Assembly (NCBI GenBank): GCA_025062275.1
Contig: JANXAP010000007.1
Span: 35,294 to 99,293 of the forward strand
Origin: Dehalococcoidia bacterium
GTDB lineage: Bacteria; Chloroflexota; Dehalococcoidia; SM23-28-2; HRBIN24
Direction: 5' to 3'
Length of the DNA: 64,000 bases
Below, in pieces: positions 8,943-18,256 of the stretch. How positions within the stretch are numbered: the stretch's first letter is position 1; every line of letters begins with the position of its first letter. The position numbers and the translations under genes were made by a program. The notes beneath the pieces were generated by a model, which worked only from the letters and a program-made list of their open reading frames with translations, was not told the DNA's origin and did no database searches.

Positions 8943-9370
8943 CTTCCCGACCTCTCGACCACGATGTAGTCCCCCCGCATCTCGCCAGGGTGGATGGTGC
9001 AGTTGAAGTAATATCGTCCGGCCGGCAGGGGCGGCACGATGACGGTGCGCTGGCAGGGGCCAGTGCACTGTTCGGTGCCGGCGATGCGCTCCCGCATGGT
9101 GCGGTCGCGCCAGACCACCAGGTCGTGGGGCACCCCCGAGTCCTGGTTGTCCAGGGTAATGGTGATGGCCTGCCCCGCCGCCGCCGTTATCTGCCGCGTG
9201 TCGAACCGCAGTCCCCGCACGGCACGGACCGACGCGCTGGTGACGGGCGTGCCAGTGGGCTGGGGGGTGCCTTCTTCGTCGCCGGCGCAGGCCGTCACCA
9301 GAGCCGCACAGGCAGTGGCCACGAGCAGCAGTAGCCGCACTGCTACTGCCCCACCGTTATGTAGCCCCAC
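8939..9370 (-). CDS. Blue copper protein (cupredoxin, plastocyanin/azurin family), lipoprotein
   Basis: Lipoprotein-type signal 'LLLLVATACAALVTAC'. Type-1 Cu ligands 'VPHDL' and 'FNCTIHPGEM'. Confidence 0.8.
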   Translation of the reverse strand: MGLHNGGAVAVRLLLLVATACAALVTACAGDEEGTPQPTGTPVTSASVRAVRGLRFDTRQITAAAGQAITITLDNQDSGVPHDLVVWRDRTMRERIAGTEQCTGPCQRTVIVPPLPAGRYYFNCTIHPGEMRGDYIVVERSGS

Positions 9371-10872
9371 ATCTCGGTGGGGTGAGCATCGCAGCGAAAG
9401 GCGAAGATGCCGGGCTGCTGGAAGGTGAGCCTGGCCTCGGCCTGCTGCCCGCCGGTCAGGTAGGCGCCCCCTGGCGGCACCGTCTGGTCATCGGCAGTGT
9501 TCCACTGGCCGTCGGGGCCAGCTACACGCAGGTTGTGGGGGGCCTGTCCCTGGTTCACCAGTCGCACCGTCACCGGCTGTCCCGCGGGCACCTTCAGGTT
9601 ATTGCGCAGGAAGCGGTTGTCCTGCATGGGCACCTCGATGACGCCGTTCTGGGGCTCGGTGACGGTGGCCTGGGTGGGCTGGGCTGTGCGCGGCCGCTGG
9701 GGCTGGCCCGGGCTGGGGGTCAGCTCGACGCCAGGCTCCTGCTGGGTCACGGGTGGTCGCTGGCCACAGGGCGGCGTGCCGCCCTCGCCGGTGAGAGGAC
9801 CCTCGGGAGGCACCTGAGGCCCGTTGAAGACCTGGGTGCCGGCAGTGTGGGGTCGCGCCTCGGTCCCGAAGGCGCCCCGCTCCACCACGATCTCGTTGCT
9901 GGGGTCCTGGATCACTGTGCCCCGCCGGTGCTCTTGGGGCCTCGTCCCGTCCACGCCTCGGGCGACCACGATGGAGTTGGTAGCGGCATCCACCCGCAGC
10001 ACCCGCATCTTCTCGCTGCCGGCCTGGACCACCGTACCGGGGCGGAAGTCGGCGGCCGACTCCAGCAGCAGCGTGTCATCGCTGGGGCCGACGCGACGGG
10101 CCAGGCTGCTGGAGGCAGGGAACTGGACCACCTTCACCACCTCAGAGCCTTCCTCGCCCGAGGGGCCGATGCGCAGGAGCTGATCGCGGCTCAGGCCCAC
10201 ATGCGCATCGTTGAGGAGGAGGGTGGTGTCGGTGGCGCCGATGTCGCGGGCCAGCCGCAGGACGTCGCCGCCCGGGGTGCGGATGGTGTCCTGCTCGTGG
10301 GCCAGCTCCAGGGCCGTCTCCCAGCCCTTCTCGCTGATCTCGTTGAGGAAGGCCTGGGCGCGGGCCTCCAGCTCAGAGGCGGTCGCCTCGTCGCCTGCCG
10401 CCCGCGCCTCCTGGGCCTGGGCCAGCAGCTTACGCACCGTAGGCGGGTGCTCGTCGCCCCAGGACCCCGTTATCAGGGCCACCAGTTGCTCCATCTGGGT
10501 GTTGTTGAGAGTCCCGCCCTGGTCTTCGCCCCAGGTAGGCATCAGCGTTCCCACGCGCCCGCAGCGGATGGTCTCGAACAGCCGCTGGTGCAGGGTTCGC
10601 AACTGTCCTGCGTCGGTCGTGCGGTAGCTCTCGAGGTTGAGGGCGGCGCCAGGGAGATTGGGGTTTTCCTGAGAGCCGAGGCCCTGATCGCCGTGACAGA
10701 TGCGGCAGTTGAGGGCGAAGATCTTGCCGCCCCGGATGGCGTTCTCCTCTGCCTGGCGGTCCTCGGCCCGTTCGGCCCGCACGTTCTGGTCCCACACGAA
10801 GTACATGCCGAAGGTGATGACCAGCAGGAAGAGGAGGCCGATCATGACGTTGACTTGCTTGCTGGTGTTCAT
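9343..10872 (-). CDS. Membrane-anchored cytochrome c fused to a C-terminal cupredoxin domain
   Basis: N-terminal TM helix, heme-c motif 'CRICH', a low-complexity Pro/Thr/Gln-rich linker, and a C-terminal type-1 Cu site 'APHNL...FRCDAHPTEM'. Confidence 0.75.
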   Translation of the reverse strand: MNTSKQVNVMIGLLFLLVITFGMYFVWDQNVRAERAEDRQAEENAIRGGKIFALNCRICHGDQGLGSQENPNLPGAALNLESYRTTDAGQLRTLHQRLFETIRCGRVGTLMPTWGEDQGGTLNNTQMEQLVALITGSWGDEHPPTVRKLLAQAQEARAAGDEATASELEARAQAFLNEISEKGWETALELAHEQDTIRTPGGDVLRLARDIGATDTTLLLNDAHVGLSRDQLLRIGPSGEEGSEVVKVVQFPASSSLARRVGPSDDTLLLESAADFRPGTVVQAGSEKMRVLRVDAATNSIVVARGVDGTRPQEHRRGTVIQDPSNEIVVERGAFGTEARPHTAGTQVFNGPQVPPEGPLTGEGGTPPCGQRPPVTQQEPGVELTPSPGQPQRPRTAQPTQATVTEPQNGVIEVPMQDNRFLRNNLKVPAGQPVTVRLVNQGQAPHNLRVAGPDGQWNTADDQTVPPGGAYLTGGQQAEARLTFQQPGIFAFRCDAHPTEMWGYITVGQ

Positions 10873-10938
10873 GGCCCCCGCTCGCTCGGCGCTATTCTCT
10901 CCCCATTCGATGCCTCAGGCCCTGCACAGAGACCGCCG

Positions 10939-11658
10939 CTACTCGTAGTTGAAGCCGGGCAGGCGCACCGCCCGACTGGGGTTGTCGGGGCCGCCTGGCA
11001 CGGCGTTGTTGGGTCCCGTCAGGACCGTAATGCCAGTCTCCTGAATACTGTCCTCGGGAATGCGGAAGGTGTCCATGCTGCGCGGGGCTGGCCCGAACAC
11101 CCGGACGCCACCTTCTTTGGTGTAGGTGGAGCCATGGCAGGGACAGCGGAACCAGCCCTTGCGCCCCTGGAAGACGAAGTCGGGTCGCCAGGGAACCGTG
11201 CAGCCCAGGTGGGGACATTTCTGCCAGAGGGCCAGCACCCCGCCCTGTGTCTGCTCGCCATTGGGGGTGGTGCCAGGCGCCAGGTGCACCAGCCAGAAGC
11301 GGCCCTCGAAGTTGCGCACGGGGTCCGCCCCCGGCTCCGGGATCTGGTTGCGCGGCACGAACACCGGGCCGCCGAATCCCCGCACCCGCCGCGGATAGAG
11401 GAAGTCCAGCTGAGGACCGAAAATGCCCAGCAGCGCCAGCCCCAGGGCCGACCAGAACCCGCCCAGGACGATGACCCGACGGCTGACGATGGGTCCCGGC
11501 TTGGGGGCCGGCGTGGCCACCGGCGTGCTCACCTGGGCCGGCCGCGGGCCGATGCCCCTCCGCTGGGCGATGGTGGTGGCCGCCTCCTGGGACAGGCGCA
11601 GCGTCACTCCCTGCTGGGAGGTCTGCCCTTCCTGTTGTTGGGACCTCTCCTCAGCCAT
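10939..11658 (-). CDS. Rieske [2Fe-2S] subunit of the cytochrome bc/b6f-type complex
   Basis: Rieske motifs 'CPHLGC' and 'CPCHGS', with an N-terminal TM anchor. Confidence 0.85.
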   Translation of the reverse strand: MAEERSQQQEGQTSQQGVTLRLSQEAATTIAQRRGIGPRPAQVSTPVATPAPKPGPIVSRRVIVLGGFWSALGLALLGIFGPQLDFLYPRRVRGFGGPVFVPRNQIPEPGADPVRNFEGRFWLVHLAPGTTPNGEQTQGGVLALWQKCPHLGCTVPWRPDFVFQGRKGWFRCPCHGSTYTKEGGVRVFGPAPRSMDTFRIPEDSIQETGITVLTGPNNAVPGGPDNPSRAVRLPGFNYE

Positions 11659-11691
11659 ACCTGTGCACCCTCGCTCGGGGGCACACTGCCC

Positions 11692-12645
11692 CTATGGACA
11701 CCCTGGTGGCGTTGGTATCGTCCCGCAGTCCACCCGCACGTCGGTGGGCAGCACCAGGGCCTGGCCCGGGCCGCGGAAGAAGCTGCCGATGATGGTCAGG
11801 GCCAGATAGGAGGCCATGGCCCCCGTGAACATTACGATCATCACGTCCCTGGTAGTCCGCACCCAGCCGATGCGGAACAGGACGTAGATTATCAGCAACG
11901 CCAGACCGACGATGATGAGCAAGGGCAGCACCTGCTCCACCATCACCGCCGGCACGTTGATGTTCATGTCGCCCCACAGGTGCAGGTTCTTGAAGCGCAG
12001 CTCCGAGAAGCCCCCCAGCTTCGGTAGCGGGAAACGCCAGTCCTGGGGCCAGTCGAAGTCGCCGATGCTGAAGCGCATCCGCGTCTGCAATTCCCGCAAC
12101 CCCTCCAGCCCCGTGTCGCCTACCAGGCAGGGCGGCCAGTGGTGAGGCTCCTCCTCATTGCAAGTAGGGAAGAAGCGGGTCAGCCGCTCGAACTTGCCGG
12201 CGTCGAACAGGACCAGGAGCCAGGTCACGGCCATGGAGTAGATGGCCGTGACGAAGGTGATGCGGCCGGAATAACGCGTGCCGAACCAGACCCCCTGCCC
12301 CTCGTTGCTGCGGTCGATGTAGGGGATGATGGCCAGGAAGGCCAGGAAGATGCCCGGCAGCAGCACGCCCGCCCAGGCCTTGTCCATGTGCAGCAGCAGC
12401 TCCTGCAGGTTCAGGAAGTACCACGGGGCCTTGGACGGGTTGGGGGTGATGCTGACGTTGGCCCGGTTCAGCAGGGGCGCGTCCACGAACACCGACAGGA
12501 TGATGAAGGTCAGCAGGAACAGGCAGGCAGAGATGAACTCGGGAAAGAGGAGGTCGGGCCAGACCAGCACCTCCTCCTCTCGCTCGCGACGGGGCCGCGG
12601 GGCCGCCGCCGGCCTCGGGACAGGTCGCCTCGTCTCGACTGCCAC
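11692..12645 (-). CDS. Cytochrome b C-terminal half / subunit IV-like protein (extended, 317 aa)
   Basis: 'PNPSKAPWYFL' matches the PEWY-type motif of cytochrome b6f subunit IV. Several TM helices. Confidence 0.8.
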   Translation of the reverse strand: MAVETRRPVPRPAAAPRPRREREEEVLVWPDLLFPEFISACLFLLTFIILSVFVDAPLLNRANVSITPNPSKAPWYFLNLQELLLHMDKAWAGVLLPGIFLAFLAIIPYIDRSNEGQGVWFGTRYSGRITFVTAIYSMAVTWLLVLFDAGKFERLTRFFPTCNEEEPHHWPPCLVGDTGLEGLRELQTRMRFSIGDFDWPQDWRFPLPKLGGFSELRFKNLHLWGDMNINVPAVMVEQVLPLLIIVGLALLIIYVLFRIGWVRTTRDVMIVMFTGAMASYLALTIIGSFFRGPGQALVLPTDVRVDCGTIPTPPGCP

Positions 12646-12656
12646 CTCTGATACTC

Positions 12657-13436
12657 CTACAGCGGTCGTGCCAGCCCGCCGTCACGGCGGATGCGCCAGA
12701 AGTGGACGGCCATCATTATGGCCGCCAGAAGGGGCAGCCCCAGCACGTGCAGGGTGTAGAAGCGGGTCAGCGCCCCCTGCCCGATCTCGAAGCCCCCGAA
12801 CAACACCTGCTGCACCTCGTCGCCCAGGTAGGGGGTGGAGCCGCCGATGCCGTGACCCACAGTGATGGCCCACACCGCCAGCTGGTCCCAGGGCAGCAGG
12901 TAGCCGGTGAAGCTCATGAGCAGTGTCAGGAAAAGCAGGACCACACCCACGACCCAGTTGAACTCTCGCGGCGGCTTGTAGGCACCGGTGTAGAAGACCC
13001 GCATCATGTGCAGGAACACCAGGATAACCATGCCGTGGGCTGACCACCGATGCAGGTTGCGCATCAGCAAGCCGAAGCGGACGTTGGTCTCCAGGGCAGC
13101 TATGTCCTGCCAGGCACGGTTGACGTCGGGCACGTAGTAGAACATCAACAGCACGCCCGTCACCGTCAGCACGATGAACATGAAGAAGGACAGGCCGCCC
13201 AGGCAGTAGGTGTGGGTTATCTTCACGTGGGTGCGGTGGATACGGGTGGGATGCAGGTGCAGGAAGACGTTGGTGGCCACCACGAGCATCTGGTTGCGGG
13301 GGGTGTTGGGGTAGCCCGAGCGGAAGATGGAGCGCCAGATATAGTTGTGGAAGAGGCGGTCGTAGAGGCGGTCGCGGATGATGGCCAGGCGTTCCTGCCA
13401 GTTACGCGGCTTACCGGGCTCTTCCACTACAGCCAT
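12657..13436 (-). CDS. Cytochrome b (b6-type N-terminal half)
   Basis: Conserved heme-ligand His pairs in TM helices (…LHLHP…, …RNLHRWSAHGM…, …TLHVLGL…AVHFW…), the typical cytochrome b/b6 architecture. Confidence 0.85.
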   Translation of the reverse strand: MAVVEEPGKPRNWQERLAIIRDRLYDRLFHNYIWRSIFRSGYPNTPRNQMLVVATNVFLHLHPTRIHRTHVKITHTYCLGGLSFFMFIVLTVTGVLLMFYYVPDVNRAWQDIAALETNVRFGLLMRNLHRWSAHGMVILVFLHMMRVFYTGAYKPPREFNWVVGVVLLFLTLLMSFTGYLLPWDQLAVWAITVGHGIGGSTPYLGDEVQQVLFGGFEIGQGALTRFYTLHVLGLPLLAAIMMAVHFWRIRRDGGLARPL

Positions 13437-13455
13437 AGCCAGTCCTCCCGCTCGG

Positions 13456-13578
13456 CTACCTTTCCCACCACTTGCCCAGCAGCACCAGCAGGCTCATGGA
13501 GCCGACGATGGTAGCGAAGACGGCCAGGAACTCGAATCCCTCAGGGACGTGCCGCAGGATGATCTCGAGATAGGGCAC
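13456..13578 (-). CDS. Possible 40-aa single-TM small subunit upstream of cytochrome b
   Basis: GTG-initiated VPYLEIILRHVPEGFEFLAVFATIVGSMSLLVLLGKWWER ends 19 nt before the cytochrome b start. Speculative. Confidence 0.25.
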   Translation of the reverse strand: MPYLEIILRHVPEGFEFLAVFATIVGSMSLLVLLGKWWER

Positions 13579-13628
13579 TAGAACCGCTCCACTGGCCGCA
13601 TTTGTGAAGCCGATTGCAATGCCAACCT

Positions 13629-13658
13629 AGCACTGCCCCCCCAGCAGTGTCAAGGGGG
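13629..13658 (-). promoter_or_regulatory. Putative promoter of the cytochrome bc operon
   Basis: Minus strand reads TTGACA, an 18-nt spacer, then TAGGTT, flanked by a C7/G6 run. Confidence 0.35.
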
Positions 13659-13803
13659 GCGCATGGGCATCTGGCAGGGAATCCGCCCGAAGCAGAATCG
13701 CTCCGGCGGCATCGGACTGCATTCCGCGCCTGCATCCTAGGGGGCAATGTCCGGCCCGTGCAGAGAGGGACTTTACTCGGGGGATCGCGCGAGGGAAAAG
13801 GGC

Positions 13804-13879
13804 TGGCGGCCCCGACGGGACTCGAACCCGCGCTCTCCTCCTTGACAAGGAGGCATGTTGGCCGCTACACCACGGGGCC
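13804..13879 (-). tRNA. tRNA-Asp (anticodon GTC), CCA encoded
   Basis: Cloverleaf reads GGCCCCG/TG/GTGT-AGCGGCCA-ACAT/G/CCTCC-TTGTCAA-GGAGG/AGAGC/GCGGG-TTCGAGT-CCCGT/CGGGGCC/G/CCA. Closely matches bacterial tRNA-Asp. Confidence 0.9.
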
Positions 13880-14020
13880 GCCTTCCGTCCCTCATTTTCT
13901 CCGTCGCCCCCGTCGGCGTCAATAGGCACCGAACCTATTCTGCAAGCCGATGTTGGGCACTGGCGTCGGCCCAGTTGGAGACCCCTTTCCACGAGGAGGC
14001 GTATGACCTTCACGTAAGAG

Positions 14021-15169
14021 TTGACCGCCTGGCACGCCGGGGCTAGGATGCAGGCAAGGGCCCGAGGTGAGCAGGCGATGTCCGAAGCCAGGGCGATGGT
14101 CATGACCGGCCCCCGCTCCATCGAGGCGAGGCGGCTGCCCCTGCCCGAGGTGGGGCCAGATGACGCCCTGTTGCAGGTGGAGGCCTGTGGCATCTGCGGC
14201 ACCGACTACGAGCAGTATCACGGCGCCCTCTACGCCCCTTACCCCTTCGTGCCCGGACACGAGCCGGTGGGCCGCATCGTGGCCATCGGCGACAGGGCAG
14301 CGGCCCGCTGGCGGTTGGAGGTGGGAGCGCGGGTGGCAGTAGAGCCGGCCATCCCCTGCCTCTCCTGCCCCCTTTGCCTGGGGGGTCGCTATACCCTGTG
14401 CATGGGCCGCCGCCCCATGAGCGCTTACGGCTTCATCCCCCTCTCGGTGCCGCCCGGCCTGTGGGGAGGCTACGCCAGCCACATGTATCTTGCCCCCAAT
14501 TCGGTCCTGCACCGCGTCCCGGAACACCTGCCTCCGGAGCTGGCGGTGCTCTTCAACCCCCTGGGGGCCGGCTTTCGCTGGGCGGTGGACCTGCCGGGGC
14601 TGAGGGCTGGCGATACTATCGTCGTGCTGGGTCCGGGCCAGAGGGGCCTGGCCTGCGTCATCGCCGCTCGCGAGGCGGGCGCTGGCTGCATCATCGTCAC
14701 CGGCCTGGCCGCCGACGAGGCCCGACTGGCCCTGGCGCGGGAGCTGGGAGCACACCACACCGTGAACGTGGAGGCCGAAGACCCGGTGGAGGCCGTCCTC
14801 CGCCTGACCGAGGGCCGCGGCGCCGATGTGGTGGTGGACGTGACAGCCTACGCCGTGGAGGCAGTGACCCAGGCCATCGAGATGGCCGCCCGCGGCGGCA
14901 CGGTAGTGCTGGCCGGCACCAAGGGCCGCCGCCCGGTGCCTGACTTCTACTCCGACCGCATCATCGGCAAGGAGCTGACGGTGAAGGGGGCCCTGGGGGT
15001 GGACTATGCCAGCTATGAGCGAGCCCTGGCCGTGATGGCCTCTGGCCGCTATCCGCTCGAGAGGCTCCATTCCCACACCCTTCCCATCGAAGACGCCGAC
15101 CGCGCCCTGCGCCTCCTGGCCCGCGAGGTGCCGGGCGAGGAGGCGCTCCATATCGCCTTAGTCCCCTGA
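14021..15169 (+). CDS. Zn-dependent alcohol dehydrogenase (MDR family)
   Basis: 'CGICGTDYEQYHG' catalytic-zinc motif and a GroES-like plus Rossmann layout. The true start may be an internal Met (MSEARAMVMTGP...). Confidence 0.8.
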   Translation: MTAWHAGARMQARARGEQAMSEARAMVMTGPRSIEARRLPLPEVGPDDALLQVEACGICGTDYEQYHGALYAPYPFVPGHEPVGRIVAIGDRAAARWRLEVGARVAVEPAIPCLSCPLCLGGRYTLCMGRRPMSAYGFIPLSVPPGLWGGYASHMYLAPNSVLHRVPEHLPPELAVLFNPLGAGFRWAVDLPGLRAGDTIVVLGPGQRGLACVIAAREAGAGCIIVTGLAADEARLALARELGAHHTVNVEAEDPVEAVLRLTEGRGADVVVDVTAYAVEAVTQAIEMAARGGTVVLAGTKGRRPVPDFYSDRIIGKELTVKGALGVDYASYERALAVMASGRYPLERLHSHTLPIEDADRALRLLAREVPGEEALHIALVP

Positions 15170-15173
15170 GGAG

Positions 15174-15620
15174 GTGAATATGGCCCAGGAAGGTCTCTCG
15201 CCCGAATATGCCGCCCGGCTAGCGAAGGTAGTGGAGCTCACCCCGTTCATGCGCCATCTGGGCATGAGGCTGGAGGAGGTCTCGCCCGGCTACGCCCGCA
15301 TCCGCCTACCCTTCCGCCCCGAGAACACCACCGGCGGCGGCGTTCTCCACGGGGGAGCTATAGCCTCCCTGATGGACACCACAGGCGCCATAGCCGGCTG
15401 GACTACGGCCGAGATCGGCTCGCCCCGCTACGCTGGCTCCACCGTCTCCCTGACCGTCAACTACCTGGCGCCGGCAACCAACGAGGACGTGGTGGCCGAG
15501 GCGAGGCTCCTCCGCCGCGGCCGCGAATTGATCTACCTGGACGTGCGGGTGTTCGGAGAAGGGCAGAAGCTCGTGGGTCACGGCTCCGTCATCTACCGCA
15601 TAGTCGAGCGAACGGAGTGA
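15174..15620 (+). CDS. PaaI/hotdog-fold thioesterase
   Basis: 148 aa with 'GGGVLHGGAIASLMDTTG', characteristic of the PaaI/YbgC thioesterase family. Confidence 0.75.
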   Translation: MNMAQEGLSPEYAARLAKVVELTPFMRHLGMRLEEVSPGYARIRLPFRPENTTGGGVLHGGAIASLMDTTGAIAGWTTAEIGSPRYAGSTVSLTVNYLAPATNEDVVAEARLLRRGRELIYLDVRVFGEGQKLVGHGSVIYRIVERTE

Positions 15621-15623
15621 GGC

Positions 15624-16199
15624 ATGGCCATCGTATCGGACGTGACCGAGCCGCGCGACGAGGAGACTCGCCGCTTCCTGGAGCGGGTGGCCCGGGCCGG
15701 CGAGGGACGGGTGCTCAACGTCTTCCGGGCGACGGCCCACAGCCCGGAGCTGGCCCTGACCTGGTGGGACATGATGCGGGTGGCCCTCACCCGCCTGTCT
15801 CTCGCGCCGCGACTGCGGGAGCTGGCCATACTGCGGCTGTTCCTGCTGGCACGCGTGCCTTACGGCTTCGCCCACCACGTGGCCATCGCCCGCCGTCTCG
15901 GGATGCGCGACGACGAAATATGGGCGGTGCGCGACTACGAGTCCAGCCCTGCCCTGGGAGAGATGGAGCGCCTGGTGCTGCGCTACACGGATGCCACGGT
16001 GACGCTGGACGGCCGCGCACCTTCCCTGGGGCGAGAGCTGCTGCGATACCTGTCGGAGCGGGAGCTGGTGGAGCTGACCTTCTGCATCGGCATCTGGAGC
16101 ATGATGGCCCGCCTGCTCAACGCCCTGGCCATAGAGATGGACGAGGGCACCGAGTCCCTTCTGCCCGACTGGTGGCGGCAGGAAAAGGCCGCGCCCTGA
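15624..16199 (+). CDS. Carboxymuconolactone decarboxylase (AhpD-like) family protein
   Basis: CMD-family helical protein ('…TAHSPELALTWWDM…'). The stop overlaps the pseudo-tRNA fragment. Confidence 0.7.
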   Translation: MAIVSDVTEPRDEETRRFLERVARAGEGRVLNVFRATAHSPELALTWWDMMRVALTRLSLAPRLRELAILRLFLLARVPYGFAHHVAIARRLGMRDDEIWAVRDYESSPALGEMERLVLRYTDATVTLDGRAPSLGRELLRYLSERELVELTFCIGIWSMMARLLNALAIEMDEGTESLLPDWWRQEKAAP

Positions 16200-16242
16200 C
16201 GGGACTCGGACCCGCACTCTCCTCCTTGACAAGGAGGCATGT
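16198..16242 (-). pseudogene. Degenerate partial copy of tRNA-Asp (anticodon stem through T-arm)
   Basis: 42/45 nt identical to 13812-13856 of the intact tRNA-Asp, in the same orientation. The acceptor and D arms do not fold, and the T-loop reads TCCGAGT. Confidence 0.55.
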
Positions 16243-16339
16243 CGGCATGCGTACCGCCCTTGTCACGCCGGTAGAAAGCCCCGGTCGATAGGCCCCACGG
16301 TCGTCATGGGCTATAATGCGCTGTGTAGGAAAACCACCC

Positions 16340-16573
16340 ATGGCCCGCAGACGTCGCCGACCGCCCTACCGGCCGTCCCACATTCCGGCCGGCCCTCGCC
16401 CCGGCCCGACGGCCGAGGCCGCGGAACCCGAGCCAGCCACCCCAACGCCGGAGCATCGCCCCCGCCGGCTTCTGCGCGACCACCGCTACGTCCTGACAGA
16501 CCTCTGGCGAGTGGGCATCGCGACCGGAATCATCCTGGCCGGGCTGGCAGCGGCCCGGTTCGTGCTGCGCTGA
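16340..16573 (+). CDS. Hypothetical small Arg/Pro-rich protein with C-terminal TM helix
   Basis: A TATAAT at 16311-16316 and an AGGAAA SD lie shortly before the ATG at 16340. No recognisable domain. Confidence 0.3.
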   Translation: MARRRRRPPYRPSHIPAGPRPGPTAEAAEPEPATPTPEHRPRRLLRDHRYVLTDLWRVGIATGIILAGLAAARFVLR

Positions 16574-16614
16574 GAGGCAAGAGCAGCCCCCGGCCGCTGG
16601 ACGGGGATGCGGCG

Positions 16615-17457
16615 TCAGGCAGGGCGCGCAGCCGCCAGGGCCAAGAGCTGCTGGACAGGCTCGTCCGGGAGGGGGATATCGCCCGGCTCCCGCTGCTGGG
16701 GGCCGCCCAGTCCGTGGTAGTCGCTGCCTCCCAGGGGCAATAGGTCGAAGCGCCGCGCCCAGGCAAGCAGTCGCTGGATCTCTTCGGGCGTATAGTCCTG
16801 GTAGTAGACCTCCATGCCCACCAGCCCGGCCGCCTTCAGCTCGGGCAGCAACCCGTCCAGCTGGCCTTCCAGCTCGCGAGGGTGGGCCAGCACAGCCAGG
16901 CCACCGACCTTCCTCAGGAGCTGGACCACCTCGGCTGGCGTCATCTTCTCGCGCTCGACATAGGCCGGGCGGTTGCGTCCCAGGTACAGTTCGAAGGCCT
17001 CGTTGACGCTGCTCACATGGCCGGCCTCCACCAGGGCCTGCGCTATATGGGGCCTGCCCACGGCGCCCTCGCCGGCCAGCTCACGGACCCGCTCCCAGGA
17101 GACAGGCACCCCCAGCTCGGCCAGCCGCTCGACCATGCGGCGGGCGCGGTCTACGCGAGAATCGCGCAGACGGGCGAGCACCCGCTGGAACTCGGCGTCC
17201 TGCCAGTCGATGAAGTAGCCGAGGACGTGCACCTCGTTGCCGGGCACATCGGTGCTCATCTCGATGCCGGGGATCAGGAGCATGTCCGGGTAGGCGCGGG
17301 CCGCCTCCAGCGCTTCCGGAATGCCATCGGTTATGTCGTGGTCGGTCAGGGCGAGGATGCGCACGCCCCGCGAGTAGGCATAGTCCACCAGCTGCTTGGG
17401 CGTCAGCACGCCATCGGAGTAGGTGCTGTGGGTGTGCAGATCGGCACGGCTCGGCAT
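16615..17457 (-). CDS. PHP-domain metal-dependent phosphoesterase (TrpH/YciV-like)
   Basis: 'DLHTHSTYSDG...LTDHD' PHP motifs. Confidence 0.8.
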   Translation of the reverse strand: MPSRADLHTHSTYSDGVLTPKQLVDYAYSRGVRILALTDHDITDGIPEALEAARAYPDMLLIPGIEMSTDVPGNEVHVLGYFIDWQDAEFQRVLARLRDSRVDRARRMVERLAELGVPVSWERVRELAGEGAVGRPHIAQALVEAGHVSSVNEAFELYLGRNRPAYVEREKMTPAEVVQLLRKVGGLAVLAHPRELEGQLDGLLPELKAAGLVGMEVYYQDYTPEEIQRLLAWARRFDLLPLGGSDYHGLGGPQQREPGDIPLPDEPVQQLLALAAARPA

Positions 17458-17458
17458 A

Positions 17459-18256
17459 TCAAGCTACCTCGCAGTCGATTCTCTGGATGGACAGGGCGCG
17501 GCCGCTGGCCGCGTCGATCTCGACCATCACCGAATTGAGGACTCCCGGGCCTTTCTCCACTGCTGGAAGGCGAGTGGGCACCTGATAAAGGAACTGCTGG
17601 ACGACGGAGGACACCTCCACGCCGATGACGCTGTCGCGGGCGCCGGTCATGCCCACGTCGCTGACGTAGGCGGTGCCGCCGGGCAGCACGCGCGCATCGG
17701 CGGTGGGGACGTGCGTGTGAGTCCCCAGGACGGCGCTGACGCGACCGTCCAGGAACCAGCCCAAGGCCACCTTCTCGCTGGTGGCCTCGGCATGCATGTC
17801 GACGATGATGATGCGGACTCCGTCCAACTGGGCCAGGGCCTTTTCGGCCGCCCGAAAGGGGCAGTCGATGTGGTGCGGCATGAACACCCTGCCCTGAAGG
17901 TTGAGGACGGCCATCCCGTTGCGGCACCAGAGGCCCTTGCCCGGCGCCCCCTCGGGGTAGTTGAGGGGGCGCAGGACCGGCCACTCCCCTCCCAGGAGGG
18001 GATAGATCTCTCGATGCTGCCATATGTGGTTGCCGGAGGTGATGACGTCCACCCCGGCAGCCAGGATCTCCTGGGCCGTCTCGGGCGTGAGACCTTTGCC
18101 CCCGGCCGCGTTCTCGCCGTTGGCGATGACCAGGTCCAGGGCGTGCTGTCGACGTAGCTCCGGCACGGTCCGGGCCAGGATGTGGCGGCCCAGCTTGCCC
18201 ACCACGTCGCCTATCATCAGGACACGCACCGTCGTACCGCGAGGGTCAGCGGGCAT
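17459..18256 (-). CDS. ymdB: YmdB-like 2',3'-cyclic-nucleotide phosphodiesterase (metallophosphoesterase)
   Basis: 'RVLMIGDVVG...GENAAGG...GNH' calcineurin-like motifs. Conserved position downstream of rny. Confidence 0.8.
   Translation of the reverse strand: MPADPRGTTVRVLMIGDVVGKLGRHILARTVPELRRQHALDLVIANGENAAGGKGLTPETAQEILAAGVDVITSGNHIWQHREIYPLLGGEWPVLRPLNYPEGAPGKGLWCRNGMAVLNLQGRVFMPHHIDCPFRAAEKALAQLDGVRIIIVDMHAEATSEKVALGWFLDGRVSAVLGTHTHVPTADARVLPGGTAYVSDVGMTGARDSVIGVEVSSVVQQFLYQVPTRLPAVEKGPGVLNSVMVEIDAASGRALSIQRIDCEVA

Noticed and set aside
9382-12027. 881-aa plus-strand ORF spanning the cytochrome c, Rieske and cytochrome b region
   Set aside because: It is antisense to three genes with clear heme and Fe-S motifs. 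Its composition is degenerate (Gly/Leu/Arg/His runs) with no domain.
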